Both the position numbers and the translations under genes were made by a program. From Oopsacas minuta (Eukaryota; Animalia; Porifera): DNA of 64,000 bases. The first letter of the stretch is position 1. Each line of letters opens with the position of its first letter. Location: NCBI GenBank assembly GCA_024704765.1, contig JAKMXF010000314.1, positions 62,001 to 126,000 on the forward strand, read 5' to 3'. This document shows, in pieces, positions 1-11,329 of the stretch. The notes under the pieces are model-generated. The model was not told where the DNA came from. It made no database searches and saw nothing but the letters and a program-made list of their open reading frames with translations.

Positions 1-1026
1 AGATAGTAGGTACGTGTTGAAATCAAGTCAATAGTAGGTCGGAATATAATCATACGCATGTCGCAAAGAAATACAAGAAAAAGCTTGTTAACTAAGAGAT
101 TACTACATACTATGCTCGGCTCTATGTAAACTGCTTAAATACCGTTAATAAGCAATTCGCTGTATCCCGACCATAACCTAACCAACCTGACCAGTGGCCA
201 CAGCCCTGTATAATACCCCGAATAAAGTTTGATACTTAGGACTTCTGAGATTGCCGAAACATACTATAATCGAGGAGAAAACTTCGGTGGCTAAAAATCT
301 TTATGTATATTGCAATTTTCAAATTCCCGAAAGTAGAAAGTGAATCGTAACTAAAAAATTTTGATGAATTCTAAATTTGATTAGCTACTCTTTTAATGCA
401 TCAAAATAGATGACCTCCCTAAAGGTAATCAACAACATCAATGCAAGGAGGTACAACTATTATGTATAGGAGGCTATGATATGATGAAATCCTCACACCA
501 TTAACATCTTTTCATTTTAAGCCTAAAGCTTTAGAAGGGCGTAAAGCTTGTCTTTAACGACCACTCTACGTTCCGAAATATGTGGTTGTAATTCAGGTAA
601 TCGTTTACCTCAGCTAACTAATAGCTTCATTCGTGGGAGAGAAAGTGATCGCAAAGGTGATACCACTGTGTATCCCGTTTAACACTGGGTAGCTATTGCT
701 ACCTAAAGAGGGTGGCGTAGCCAACCTTGACGGGCTACTGCCGCACACATGGTGAAACATCCCAGTTGATGCAGATTTACTAGATAATTCAGCAATGTGC
801 TAGTAAAAATGAAGATTTCATTGAATATATATAAGTATAATGATTGATTGAAACACAGTTGTTTATATTTGTCAATAGTAAACGACCATATCATACAATT
901 TCTCAAATGCAGATAAATGAAAAACAAGAGTTCTGTGTTGTATATAAAGTTAGATAACGATGGATGATTTTGTGATATAATAGCTGAAAATCATTAGATT
1001 ATAATTAGGGAGATCATGGGAATTGA

Positions 1027-1614
1027 TTAAGCATCATCATCATCATCATCTCCTGTGTCTTTTACAATATTATCTCCATCCAATTTATTTAGATTTGGTA
1101 AACGTTTCAGTGCATGATCTTTCCAATCCCCATCAGATGAGTGCTTTTCTTCCAATGGGTTACCAACAAAATTCAATTCAACTAGTGAGGGAAGATCAGA
1201 TAATTTCTGGAACTCCGCCCAATCTTTTACTAAATTATTAGTCATATATAATACCATCAATTTCTTCAACACTTGGATACCCTTCAGCTTTTCGATCAAG
1301 TTGTATGATATCCAAAGCTGTTCTAATGTATCAGAAACTGCATCAAGTCCGGATAAGTTTTTAATATTGTTTCGACCAAGGGACAATATTTTCAGAGACT
1401 TGAGTCCGTTAAGATTTGTTATACGCTCAATAGTGTTAGTAGAAAGGGATAGTTTCTCACACGAAACGAGCTGATTCAGAGCAGCGTCCATTTTATCAAC
1501 AGGGGGGATTATTCCATAGAGTTTTGCATGTTGAATTTGAGAGGCAATTTGCCCGCTATCTGAACAATATTTGGTAATTGCATCCTTCAATGATGTTGAT
1601 TTGGGGGCGACCAT
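1027..1614 (-). CDS. DNAL1: Dynein axonemal light chain 1 (LC1, leucine-rich repeat), intronless and intact
   Basis: The 195-aa ORF aligns end to end with animal DNAL1 ([85 protein letters not shown]) and has an acidic tail encoded by a (CAT)n run on the + strand. Confidence 0.96.
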   Translation of the reverse strand: MVAPKSTSLKDAITKYCSDSGQIASQIQHAKLYGIIPPVDKMDAALNQLVSCEKLSLSTNTIERITNLNGLKSLKILSLGRNNIKNLSGLDAVSDTLEQLWISYNLIEKLKGIQVLKKLMVLYMTNNLVKDWAEFQKLSDLPSLVELNFVGNPLEEKHSSDGDWKDHALKRLPNLNKLDGDNIVKDTGDDDDDDA

Positions 1615-4063
1615 AACATAAAAACTAATAAAGATGAATATATAAGGTTAAATTCTAAGCTATAATGAAGAATTACAATAATTAAGGTTGCGTCTCAAAT
1701 ATGAGGGGTCTGTATCGCGCATGGCATGTGCAGCTGGTACGGCAGAGCCATTGCCTGCCCAATTTTTGTCATGACCTGAACAATTTATATTACCGAAACG
1801 GCAAAGGCCGGATCAATCCCAATTAGCATCCCCTGGCCCCCGTGACGTCATTGTTTATAACTCAAAGGGAAATCTTGGAATTCTTCTAAGTATTAATCAA
1901 ATTGAGATATATCTTACAGGATGTTACAAAATTAATACCCAATCAAATAAAATAAGTTTCTTTCCAGGGGCCGTATTGGAATGACATAAATCCTTTATTA
2001 TTTAATATATATACCATAAGTCTTCAAGGTACGAGTTTCAATATACTAAGTTCACGATTTGCCTATTTTGTCTTTTTTCCCCGCGACCTACAAACTTTTA
2101 ATGGATGGGTTCAGAAAATATTGGAATTATAAATTATTTTTGCACGCTACGTTCGCAGTTATATTATTAGATAAATATATACTGTTTTGCGTTTTCTAAT
2201 ATTGGGATTGGTCAATTTTTGAAATTTTGATTCGTGATCATCAATCCACAACGATGACGTCATCACTATGGTTGGTACTGTGTCTGTCTAACATTTAAAT
2301 CACTACATCAACTGCAAGAAGCCCTTAATCTCAAATAAAAACGGAATTATTTAAGCATTCAAATAATTTGTGACGTCAGGTTAGTCAAAATTTTCGAAGT
2401 CCCATTTTTTGGAATGTTGCTTTGTCATAACCACTATGAAGACTTCAACTTCATTACCTAATGTGTCTGTCCTGACATCTCGTTCCCTCCATCAATTGTA
2501 AGTATTACTCTAGCTGTCATCGTTGTAAAGTTTTTAGAGTTTCAAGTTTTATGTGGTTTATGACGGCACACAAGATGCTTTTATTGTGTCTATATTTATT
2601 ATTACATAGTCTAGCGGATGTCTACTAAGTTTTGTTTAGTATTTGTGATCGAAGATAGAAGAATATTTATGTTTTTCAATAGATAATGTTTGCATACAAA
2701 AGTCAAATTTGTATATGAATACTTCAGATACCACAGTTAAATTAGTCAAAGAAATATTGATCGGGAAAATCTGGGCAATTAAATTCTAATTAAACTAAAT
2801 TGTGTTTACGAATAATTATTCAAAATTGCAGTACTTAAATCCCATGAAAAATTTCGATAATTGTCGAAAGAAAAGCTGTGGGTGGGTACTAGAGGGTGAT
2901 AAAATTATATGTTAAAAAATGAGCGCTAGCAAATTCTTGAACTGCTATAATCTGGAGGATGTAATTCTGAATCTAATGGATTTATTTCTGGTGGTGGCAC
3001 ATGTGGCATATCTTCATGGTGGCACGAATGTGTCAAATTGTGTCAGATAAAAATCGGGGACTAAGGTGTGCATATTAACACATCATCACTAACCTGTTTC
3101 AACTTTTAATCTTAAACCGTGTGGGCTGTGGGCCGTAGACAGAACTTACAAAAAAAGCACTGAGATCAAAACTGAGGACCATACTATAGTATAGTCGGCA
3201 GAGTAAAACAAAAATCATAAATTACAATCTGTGGCGACAGCATTAAATTAAATTTGTTTAGTAGTTGCTCTAGGAAGTAGAGGCACAATCAACTGTAAAA
3301 TTTACCCCCTTTACTCATAATACCTCCAATTACATACAGTTAAACCTTACGCCCAGGTTTTTGTCCGGGGATTATTTATAGGAATTATTAGGGTAATGTT
3401 CGGGAAAATCTGTTTTTAGGGTGTGTAGATCATCCAATCAATATTGTAGTCTGTCACCATATTCAAATATATATATATATCCTCTTGAGATTACTACCTC
3501 ATTTTATATTAATGGTTGGTAGATATAGTCCAGTTTGCTAAAAACAGTTAGTCACACATTTAATCTTGCATGAGTATGACTTAACATTCCAACTTAGATA
3601 AGCTCAGTATGGCATGCTACAAACACCTACAGATCTTTCATTTTATAGAATGTAGGGTTTTTCAGAAAAAGCGATAATGTCCAGGGTTTTGGAAAGACCT
3701 TCTTGCCACACTAAATGTAACATAAGCGATTATATGAGGTACCTGGGGCCTTATCAACTAAAAGTCTAAGAATTATTCTTAACTAAATTCCAAGTGTATT
3801 TCTAAGAATAATTTTTAGAATTACCCAATTCTAAGAAAAATTCTTAGAATTGGGTAATTCTATTTGATTGATTCTTGCTATTGATTAATAAAATTTATGC
3901 CAATTCATTCGATTTCAATCGCTTTTTGAGAAGATATGCACATAGTAGAAAATAAAATCCTTCTACTTGTATACTTCATTTATCATTAATGACATAAATT
4001 GTCCCACCCAATAGAAAAGGATATTCATTGCATTTCTCATTTGTGTACTATTGTACAAACTCA

Positions 4064-5071
4064 TGGCCTCGCATATCGTACGTTTTGGAGCTGGAAATAG
4101 GCAGTTTACGATAGCAAGGAATATTTCGTGACAGGTTAAACTCTCTTGATGCGTACACAGATGTAGAGTTTATTTCTCGTTATAGAATCAGAAGAGAAAT
4201 GTTCTTAGAATTGCATGATAATATTGAGACTTTCATGTCTCGATCTACAAGCCGATCTCATTCGCTTTCGGTGACAACTCAATTAGCGGTCACTCTTCAG
4301 ATTCTAGCTACGGGTAGTTTCCAAACTGTGATTGCACCAGCTCATCGAATTTCCCAGCCCCCTGTGTCCAACTGTGTTAAAGGTGTAACAGATGCATTGT
4401 GCTCAATTGCGATAGACTATATACAGTTTCCAACTGCTGCTAGACAGATGAGCATGCAGCATGGATTTACATATGGAAAAGTTCGGGTTTCCTAAGTATT
4501 AGGTTGCATAGACGGCACACACATCCCAATTGTTGCACCTAGCACCAACGAAGCTATTTATGTTAATCGTAAAAGTTTTCATTCAATTAACGTCCAAGCG
4601 TATGTGACGATGTATTTAAATTTATTGATGTAGTTGTGAAGTGGCCAGGCAGCACACATGACGCGTTCATATTGCAGGTAATCAGGAATCAATCTTAAGA
4701 TCGCCAGTAAACAATTCCAATTATTGATGGGTGGTTTCTCGGTGATAGTGGTTATCCGTTGCGCCTAAATTTAATGACTCCATTACTATCTCCTGTTACA
4801 GCTCGCGAAAGAAGTTATAATCGTGCTTTCCTGGAAACTTGAAAGACAATTGAATTGAATGCACCTTTGGAATAGCAGATGGAGATCAATGGACAAGACT
4901 GCCGGCAGTTTGTGCTATTGCTCAATGAGGGTTTGCAAACTAATCTTATCTTCCATGATACTTCATAATTTTTGTGTTGATTGCGGTCTCCAAATTGATA
5001 TTGAAATTTGGAAAGTGACATGCCCTAAACCGAAACAGACTACACTGAATATTCAGATAATGGAGTTTTAG
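4064..5071 (+). pseudogene. Harbinger (HARBI1-like, DDE_Tnp_4) transposase with stops and frameshifts
   Basis: Motifs across frames: [65 protein letters not shown]; CAG-to-TAG-type stop near 4108 and several frameshifts. Confidence 0.9.
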
Positions 5072-5181
5072 TTCTAGAAAATATAATTATAAACTATTTC
5101 ACATGATATAGGAAGTTTAATTAATTAACTGAGCACATGAATGAATTAGGCTCTGATTTACTTATAACATAATAATCTTAA

Positions 5182-5968
5182 TTATGGATTCCTAATCTTA
5201 CTTTGAAAGTAATGAGGCAATGAAGAGAAATTATAAGTAGGAAATGAAGGGGGCAATGTCTGAAAATGTGGCAGAGGGGGCATAGTTTGAGCCATCAGAA
5301 GAGAAAGTGTCTTTGATTGGTCCGCTGCTGTATGTTGCAAAATCTGGATCACTCGATCGAATTTACTCTCAAGCCGATCTAGCTTAGAATCATTGTTAGT
5401 CAAAATCTCCAATTTTTTATCTTCTTTCTCTAAAATTGCACGTTTGGTCGATTCTAATTCGTCATTTTCCAAATGATGACGTTTTCTTGGGGCTGGTTGG
5501 AAAAATTTTATTTCTTCAATATCTTCAGAGGGAACTGGGTTGATCAGCATCCTTCAATTACATCATTTGCACATTGGGATTCAAAAGAGCGATCGATGCC
5601 CGATTCACCGCCTTCAAAAGCTTCCTTCCCTTTGATGCTGCTGATTTTAGCTTCTATTTCATCTAAATCAGCATCTTCAGGACCTCCTCCAGTTTTTCTT
5701 GCTGATGCTAACTTATCTGCCATACAAGGCTTAAGTTTTGTTAGTATATTATACCATTTTTTCATGACATCTCTTGGTTTTACATTCCCATGTAATTCCG
5801 ACAGTCTCCCTGAAATTTCTTCCCAGATTTTGTTCTTATCATCGAAAGTCAGAGTTGATGTTAGAGCGCCGAACAATTTCGATTTTTGATCATGAATGAG
5901 ATCCACGAGTGACATTATCTCCTCCCGAGTAAAATTCTTTAAACGAGTTATCGATTTTCAGTGGTCAT
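5182..5968 (-). pseudogene. Harbinger Myb/SANT-like DNA-binding protein (second ORF), frameshifted
   Basis: RLKNFTREEIMSLVDLI...KNKIWEEISGRL...KKWYNI...RKTGGGP is the typical Harbinger Myb-like partner; convergent to the transposase; split into ORFs 5544-5915 and 5182-5550. Confidence 0.85.
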
Positions 5969-6814
5969 AATGCGAGCGATTGTTAAAGTATTATCATAAT
6001 TAACTAACATTTTATTATTATTTGTACTTATAACTAAAGATAATAACATACGTAAATGGATAAAATTGCATTGACTGCATATATCTTTGCAGGACGTCAC
6101 TCAAATGACTTTGACTTTATTTACCTTGGTTTAGATACAACATTATTATGTTTCAAAATATATGAGATATAATTACATAAATATATTTATTGATGTCATA
6201 ATACAATTCAGAGTGACATCAAGAAATAGTATCTAAATATAGTGGTATGTAGTTCAACTAGTTCTATGCTATGGTTATCACAACATGTGGATATGATAAT
6301 CAAACATATTGTCTTAAACGATTAACAATCTTTGTAAATATATGCATATCTATAATAATTTCATTGAAAGTAGAATAAATTATAAGTTAAGTCTCCTCTT
6401 TACCTCACTAAATATTTTTCTTTGAAATTTCCTAAGAATTGTGTCTTATTATAAGAATGCGAACAAAATAGTCAGTGGTGGACCATTAAGCTGGATAAAC
6501 AGCAAAGAAGTAACGTGTTCTATTGTAAGCCGGTTTCGTTTCTCATCCAATATGATATTCATTTAACTGAACCCCCTTTCGCATTCAGATGAGTTGCATG
6601 GAATAACTTCTACGATATATTCACGGCGCTATAAAGTAAACATTTGCTCTCTCAACTCGACTTAATTATATTTGGAACAAATTTCGATTGATTTCAAATA
6701 TTGATTGTATGCTACTGTAGATATCAGGTACACAAATTGTTACTTGCCGATTTGATTTGTTAAAAAAGGTATGGGAGCGGCGCTCCCACCCGCTCCCACA
6801 GCAGGACACCACTG

Positions 6815-7485
6815 GATGCAACCACAGTTTGGAAACTGCCCGTAGCTAGAAACTGAAGAGTGACCGCTAATTGAGTTGTCACCGAAAGTGAATGAGATCG
6901 GCTTGTAGATCGAGACATGAAAGTCTCAATATTATCATGCAATTCTAAGAACATTTCTCTTCTGATTCTATAACGAGAAATAAACTCTACATCTGTGTAC
7001 GCATCAAGAGAGTTTAACCTGTCACGAAATATTCCTTGCTGTCGTAAACTGCCTATTTCCAGCTCCAAAACGAACGATATGCGAGGCCATGAGTTTGTAC
7101 AATAGTACACAAATGAGAAATGCAATGAATATCCTTTTCTATTGGGTGGGACAATTTATGTCATTAATGATAAATGAAGTATACAAGTAGAAGGATTTTA
7201 TTTTCCACTATGTGCATATCTTCTCAAAAAGCGATTGAAGTCGAATGAATTGGCATAAATTTTATTAATCAATAGCAAGAATCAATCAAATAGAATTACC
7301 CAATTCTAAGAATTTTTCTTAGAATTGGGTAATTCTAAAAATTATTCTTAGAATCAGTTAAGTATAGCCAAGTTAAGAATTCATAATGAAACCTATGAAT
7401 ATTTCATGAATTCTTAGAATTATTCTTAGAAATACACTTGGAATTTAGTTAAGAATAGTTCTTAGAATTTTAGTTGATAAGGCCC
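6815..7485 (-). mobile_element. Second, truncated copy of the Harbinger left end plus 5' transposase
   Basis: Reverse complement of 3746-~4335 with roughly ten substitutions and an extra ~75-bp subterminal segment; breaks off after FQTVVAS at a CAGTGGTG hAT-like terminus. Confidence 0.9.
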
Positions 7486-9049
7486 CTGCTGCCTAACTAG
7501 CAAATGATACCCTACCTGACTATTAGGGGTATCACGAGGCATTCCCTCTCAAATCATTGGGGTGAGGCTTCCCTGAAAATACCATAGAGTGTCAAACCTC
7601 CCTATCCCTCGCAACTTTGCCGCCCATGTAGTTTCCTATATTCTTTAGAGGCTAAAAGTCAAGGTCACAACCTGTTCCGCAGCATAGTATTACAATTGAA
7701 TGTATTTAACTAGTACTATATATTATGTGCCCTATAAAATATTCAATTCCCCTAATAGTCGTATTGCCCCCAATCAATTAGTGCAAATTAAACTCTTCAA
7801 TCAATAAACTATTCATTGCTGGCGGAACAGGTTCTAATATATAATTTTAATTCTATTTTAGATCCTTAATTAACCCATGAATATAGTACACGATAATAGA
7901 TGTTCACTTAAATATTCACTACAGGAAGTATATCTTTAGATTGATTGTATATTGTCCACTTCATTTGTTACTTACAATTCATACGTAAAAACAAAGCAAA
8001 AACTACAAAAGTTTACTGAAACATTACAATATGGGTATTAGCAGCTATACCAAATATAGATATGACAAGAGTGATATCTACAAATTCCAAACATGTAGTA
8101 CAAGAAATAGCCCAAAAACGAATATGCTCGAATTGTTAAATTTTAAATGTTAATGAAATTTAGAACATCCTGACTTAGAGAGTTTATTTTGAAAATGTTG
8201 ATTTGATCCAGTGCACATTAATAAAAATAAATCATCACAGAAATTGAAACCAAATAAGGAAAAATTCAAGGTTTGTACGAAACATAAAAATAGCATCGAT
8301 TATGATTACTTAATTATATTGTAATGGAATAATATCTGGAATGCATAAATACCATCCTATCGCTCATAATGATGACTTATTCTGAATCCTAAGTGGATAA
8401 CAATTTCCATAAATAATCTCAAAAATAAACATTTTCAGAACTTATTAAAAGGCCGGAAATCTCATTACCACATTTTACCGACTGAAAATAATATACAATC
8501 AATTACAATTGATTCTAAATAGTACATCAAAATTTCAGGATCCGCAAAGTTGCTAAAGTATATTATATGTTGTACATTCAATGTTTACTTTTTGTTGGCA
8601 AGAAAGATTAAATGGCAACTGAATTGGTAAAGTGAACTGAAGCACATTAGTGTTACTTTAAGACAGGGGCCACTTGCCCCTCTTCCTATTGTATACTAAC
8701 ACTTTTGCCCTGCTTCTATTGGTGTTCCTATTTAAATCTAAACAAGTAGTCAGAATCAATAAATCCGGATTTATCTGCAAATTGTATGTTATTTATTGTG
8801 CTTGGTTATTTTGAAAATTGCAACAATTGAATTAATTGTTGTTAACATATTAAATGGAGAGATTAATAGTATTTCATTTCACTGAAATTGATTCTAGAGT
8901 TGCCAACTAAGGTGGCATTGTAATTAATATCATGTGTCAATTATGGCTGAGCGTTCCAGTACCTTTGGCCAAGGCAGTGCATACTTAAAGAGAGAGTGGG
9001 TATTGTTTCTTGGAGTTTAAAACTATATTTGCCACCCTCATACCATGTA

Positions 9050-9175
9050 GTGCTGAGTATATCCCGTTGCGTTGCTTCGCGAATAAAGCATCCAGAATGT
9101 AGCTGCTAAATTCTTAAGCTAACCTGAGGCCCGAAGCTGTCGCAAAGCAATCTAGCAAGCGAAGCGCGCTAATAA
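9050..9175 (+). repeat. Dispersed ~120-bp repeat; other copies at ~26810-26935 (+) and ~27895-28010 (-)
   Basis: Shared blocks TCGC..CGACCAAAAG / GAAATGTAGCTG / AAGCTAACC / GTTGTCGC / GCAAGCGAAGCG seen by eye in three places; family not assignable. Confidence 0.55.
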
Positions 9176-9339
9176 TGATAATATCCTTACATGGAAACTT
9201 GCTCTAAACAACAAAACAGGATAACACAGTAGACTGATTTCGCATTTCAAGTTTGTCACACATATGTAACATTTTTGGATATTAATGTCATATATTCAAT
9301 TCGAGGTGCAAAGCGTCGGGCATAGGCGGACACGTAATG

Positions 9340-9720
9340 CTCACAAGCCGCACAGCGCGAGCAAGCGAAGTTTGCTCGGATTTTGAAAATTGTCTCTGAA
9401 TAATGCTCCTAGTTCCATTACCTAGATTTCACAAAGATAAATTGGACAAATTTCGTTAAGATCATTACCATGATCAGAAATGCAAGCTAGGTCAGTCCCA
9501 TAAAGAGAAAACCTTGCCAATTTTAGCCCCAAGAGTGAAATATGACTGTTATACATGTATTAATTCAAGCAAGCTTCGCTAACTTGCGCTGCGCGGAAAT
9601 TTGGCACAAATCTCAGAGTTTTCGAGATATCACTTAGATCTTAGAACCTGTTCCTAGGTTTATCACATTCCATACAGATGCCAAATTTAAATTCTAGCTC
9701 TTTCTAGTAGCAAAGCAAAG
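9340..9720. mobile_element. Helentron/DINE-1-like non-autonomous element (tentative)
   Basis: Imperfect inverted pair CCGCACAGCGCGAGCAAGCGAAGTTTGC (~9347) / GCAAGCTTCGCTAACTTGCGCTGCGCGG (~9568), followed by a DINE-like CCAAATTTAAATTCTAGCTCT segment. Confidence 0.4.
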
Positions 9721-11329
9721 TGTTTGAATTCAAAATTCTGTCAACAAATTTATAGGATTTTTGAGTATATTAAATAAAAATACTTAGATACTGTGTCCTT
9801 ATTTGGATGTAATAGAATATTTCAGGAATATTAAAATACATTTTGGAAGACCATAATCAAAAATTGATGAATACTTAATAGGATTAATGTCCGAGCTAGC
9901 AGTGATGTTGCATTGTTTATACAGTATCTGGTGAAAATGAAAGTTGTAACAGTTTGAACTGAGTGACATCATTCATGAATAGTTACCTTAACTAATACTG
10001 AAAATATTAGGTTTTGATACACGGTAGACCTGATTCAGATAAACGGTTGGCAAACAAACGTCAACATTTCTGGTTGAGCAGAATATATAACTATTTAGTT
10101 GCAACCTTGATAAAAATATATATTCATGTTGTTACGCAAAATGGTGTAAAGAGGAAATTCTTCTTTCATTTTATTTTCTTACGATAATATACATGGTTGA
10201 AATGAGTGCAATATTTCTACTAGAATATCTCATCAAAATATATGAGTATTTATGATGCTTATCAATTTTCATAAATAAATCAATGAGCAAATCAAAAATA
10301 ATTTAGGCAAATTATTAATGAGCTCATCATTCAACCCTTTCGCTACGTATGGTAATTATCAATATGATTAATCACATTTTACATATATTTGGTAATGGAG
10401 AGTCTGGCAATCACGGATTCCCCAAAACGCATAGCGTTAGAAGATGAAACAATTAGTTATGTAAAAGTACAATTTCTAATCTATTAATGTAAGGGTTCCA
10501 CTTAACATCACAACTGAATAGTGAGCTACATTCTAAATATTTGATTTACTTTCAAAAGGACCCCATAATTCGAGCCATAAATAATTAGCGCTAATGTATT
10601 TTCAAATTGAACAGATATGAGTGATAACAGAGAGTAATATATAAGATGTAGGATTACGCAATGAAGATTAGCAATCCTATTGATTGCTATCTTGTGGTTG
10701 GCATGGAGAAAATAGTTCAATAAAATTTTAAATAGTGGAAAATTGTAATGTTTACATGCGTTTACGAAACTTCTGTAATAGTAATATTCAAAAACAAAAG
10801 AAAATAATGTAGAATCTTGGAGGAGAAAACGATTTAGGGCGCTGAAATTTCATGGTTCAAAATTGGATGCCATCACTGATATAAATCGTTTTGATCTACA
10901 AATGGCAATAACCTTCATAAATATATATTTGATAAATATCGCTGAATAAACATGTTTCAACATTTTTATTAAATGAGAAAATATACGATAATTGATTCTT
11001 ATATGGATATCATATCTGGAAACGATTTGGTGATTTACAATGATTATATCAAATTCAAAAACACCAAAAATATAAATCGTCTTAGTTTAAGAAAAAATAC
11101 TCTACGTTTGAATAGAGGGTCAAATATTTCTATGTTTTAACAGAAAGATTGAGTGTTCCAGAAGTATTCTGGAATTGGTCTGGCATAAAGTCAGATGAAT
11201 CATTTGCTCTATCCAAAACACGCTTCATATTTATAGGTGTCCCTGATCTAATCTGATGTGCAAATCAGAAATACGTCACTAAAAATATTCTCGTCCTTGC
11301 GCGAAAAGAATGCATTTGGGGGCAATACA

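Larger units (their letters stand above)
3746..7485. mobile_element. PIF/Harbinger DNA transposon locus bounded by two inverted copies of the left end
   Basis: Terminal inverted repeats GGGCCTTATCAACTAAAA at 3746 and ending at 7485; CTG on both flanks (3743-3745, 7486-7488), the CWG 3-bp target type known for some Harbingers; contains transposase and Myb/SANT genes. Confidence 0.9.

Noticed and set aside
1023-1241. ORF beginning MIKHHHHHH (His-tag or vector-like)
   Set aside because: It is the antisense shadow of the DNAL1 poly-Asp (GAT)n tail.
6473-6814. Possible hAT MITE with CAGTGGTG ends
   Set aside because: Only ~10 bp of inverted match and no 8-bp TSD (flanks AAAATAGT vs GATGCAAC); the two ends may be unrelated.
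6853-6885. Hammerhead-like string CTGAAGA-GTGAC...GTCAC-C-GAAA (also antisense at ~4268-4300)
   Set aside because: An extra C breaks the stem II/core junction, no stems I or III were found, and it lies within Harbinger coding sequence (LSVTTQLAVTLQ).
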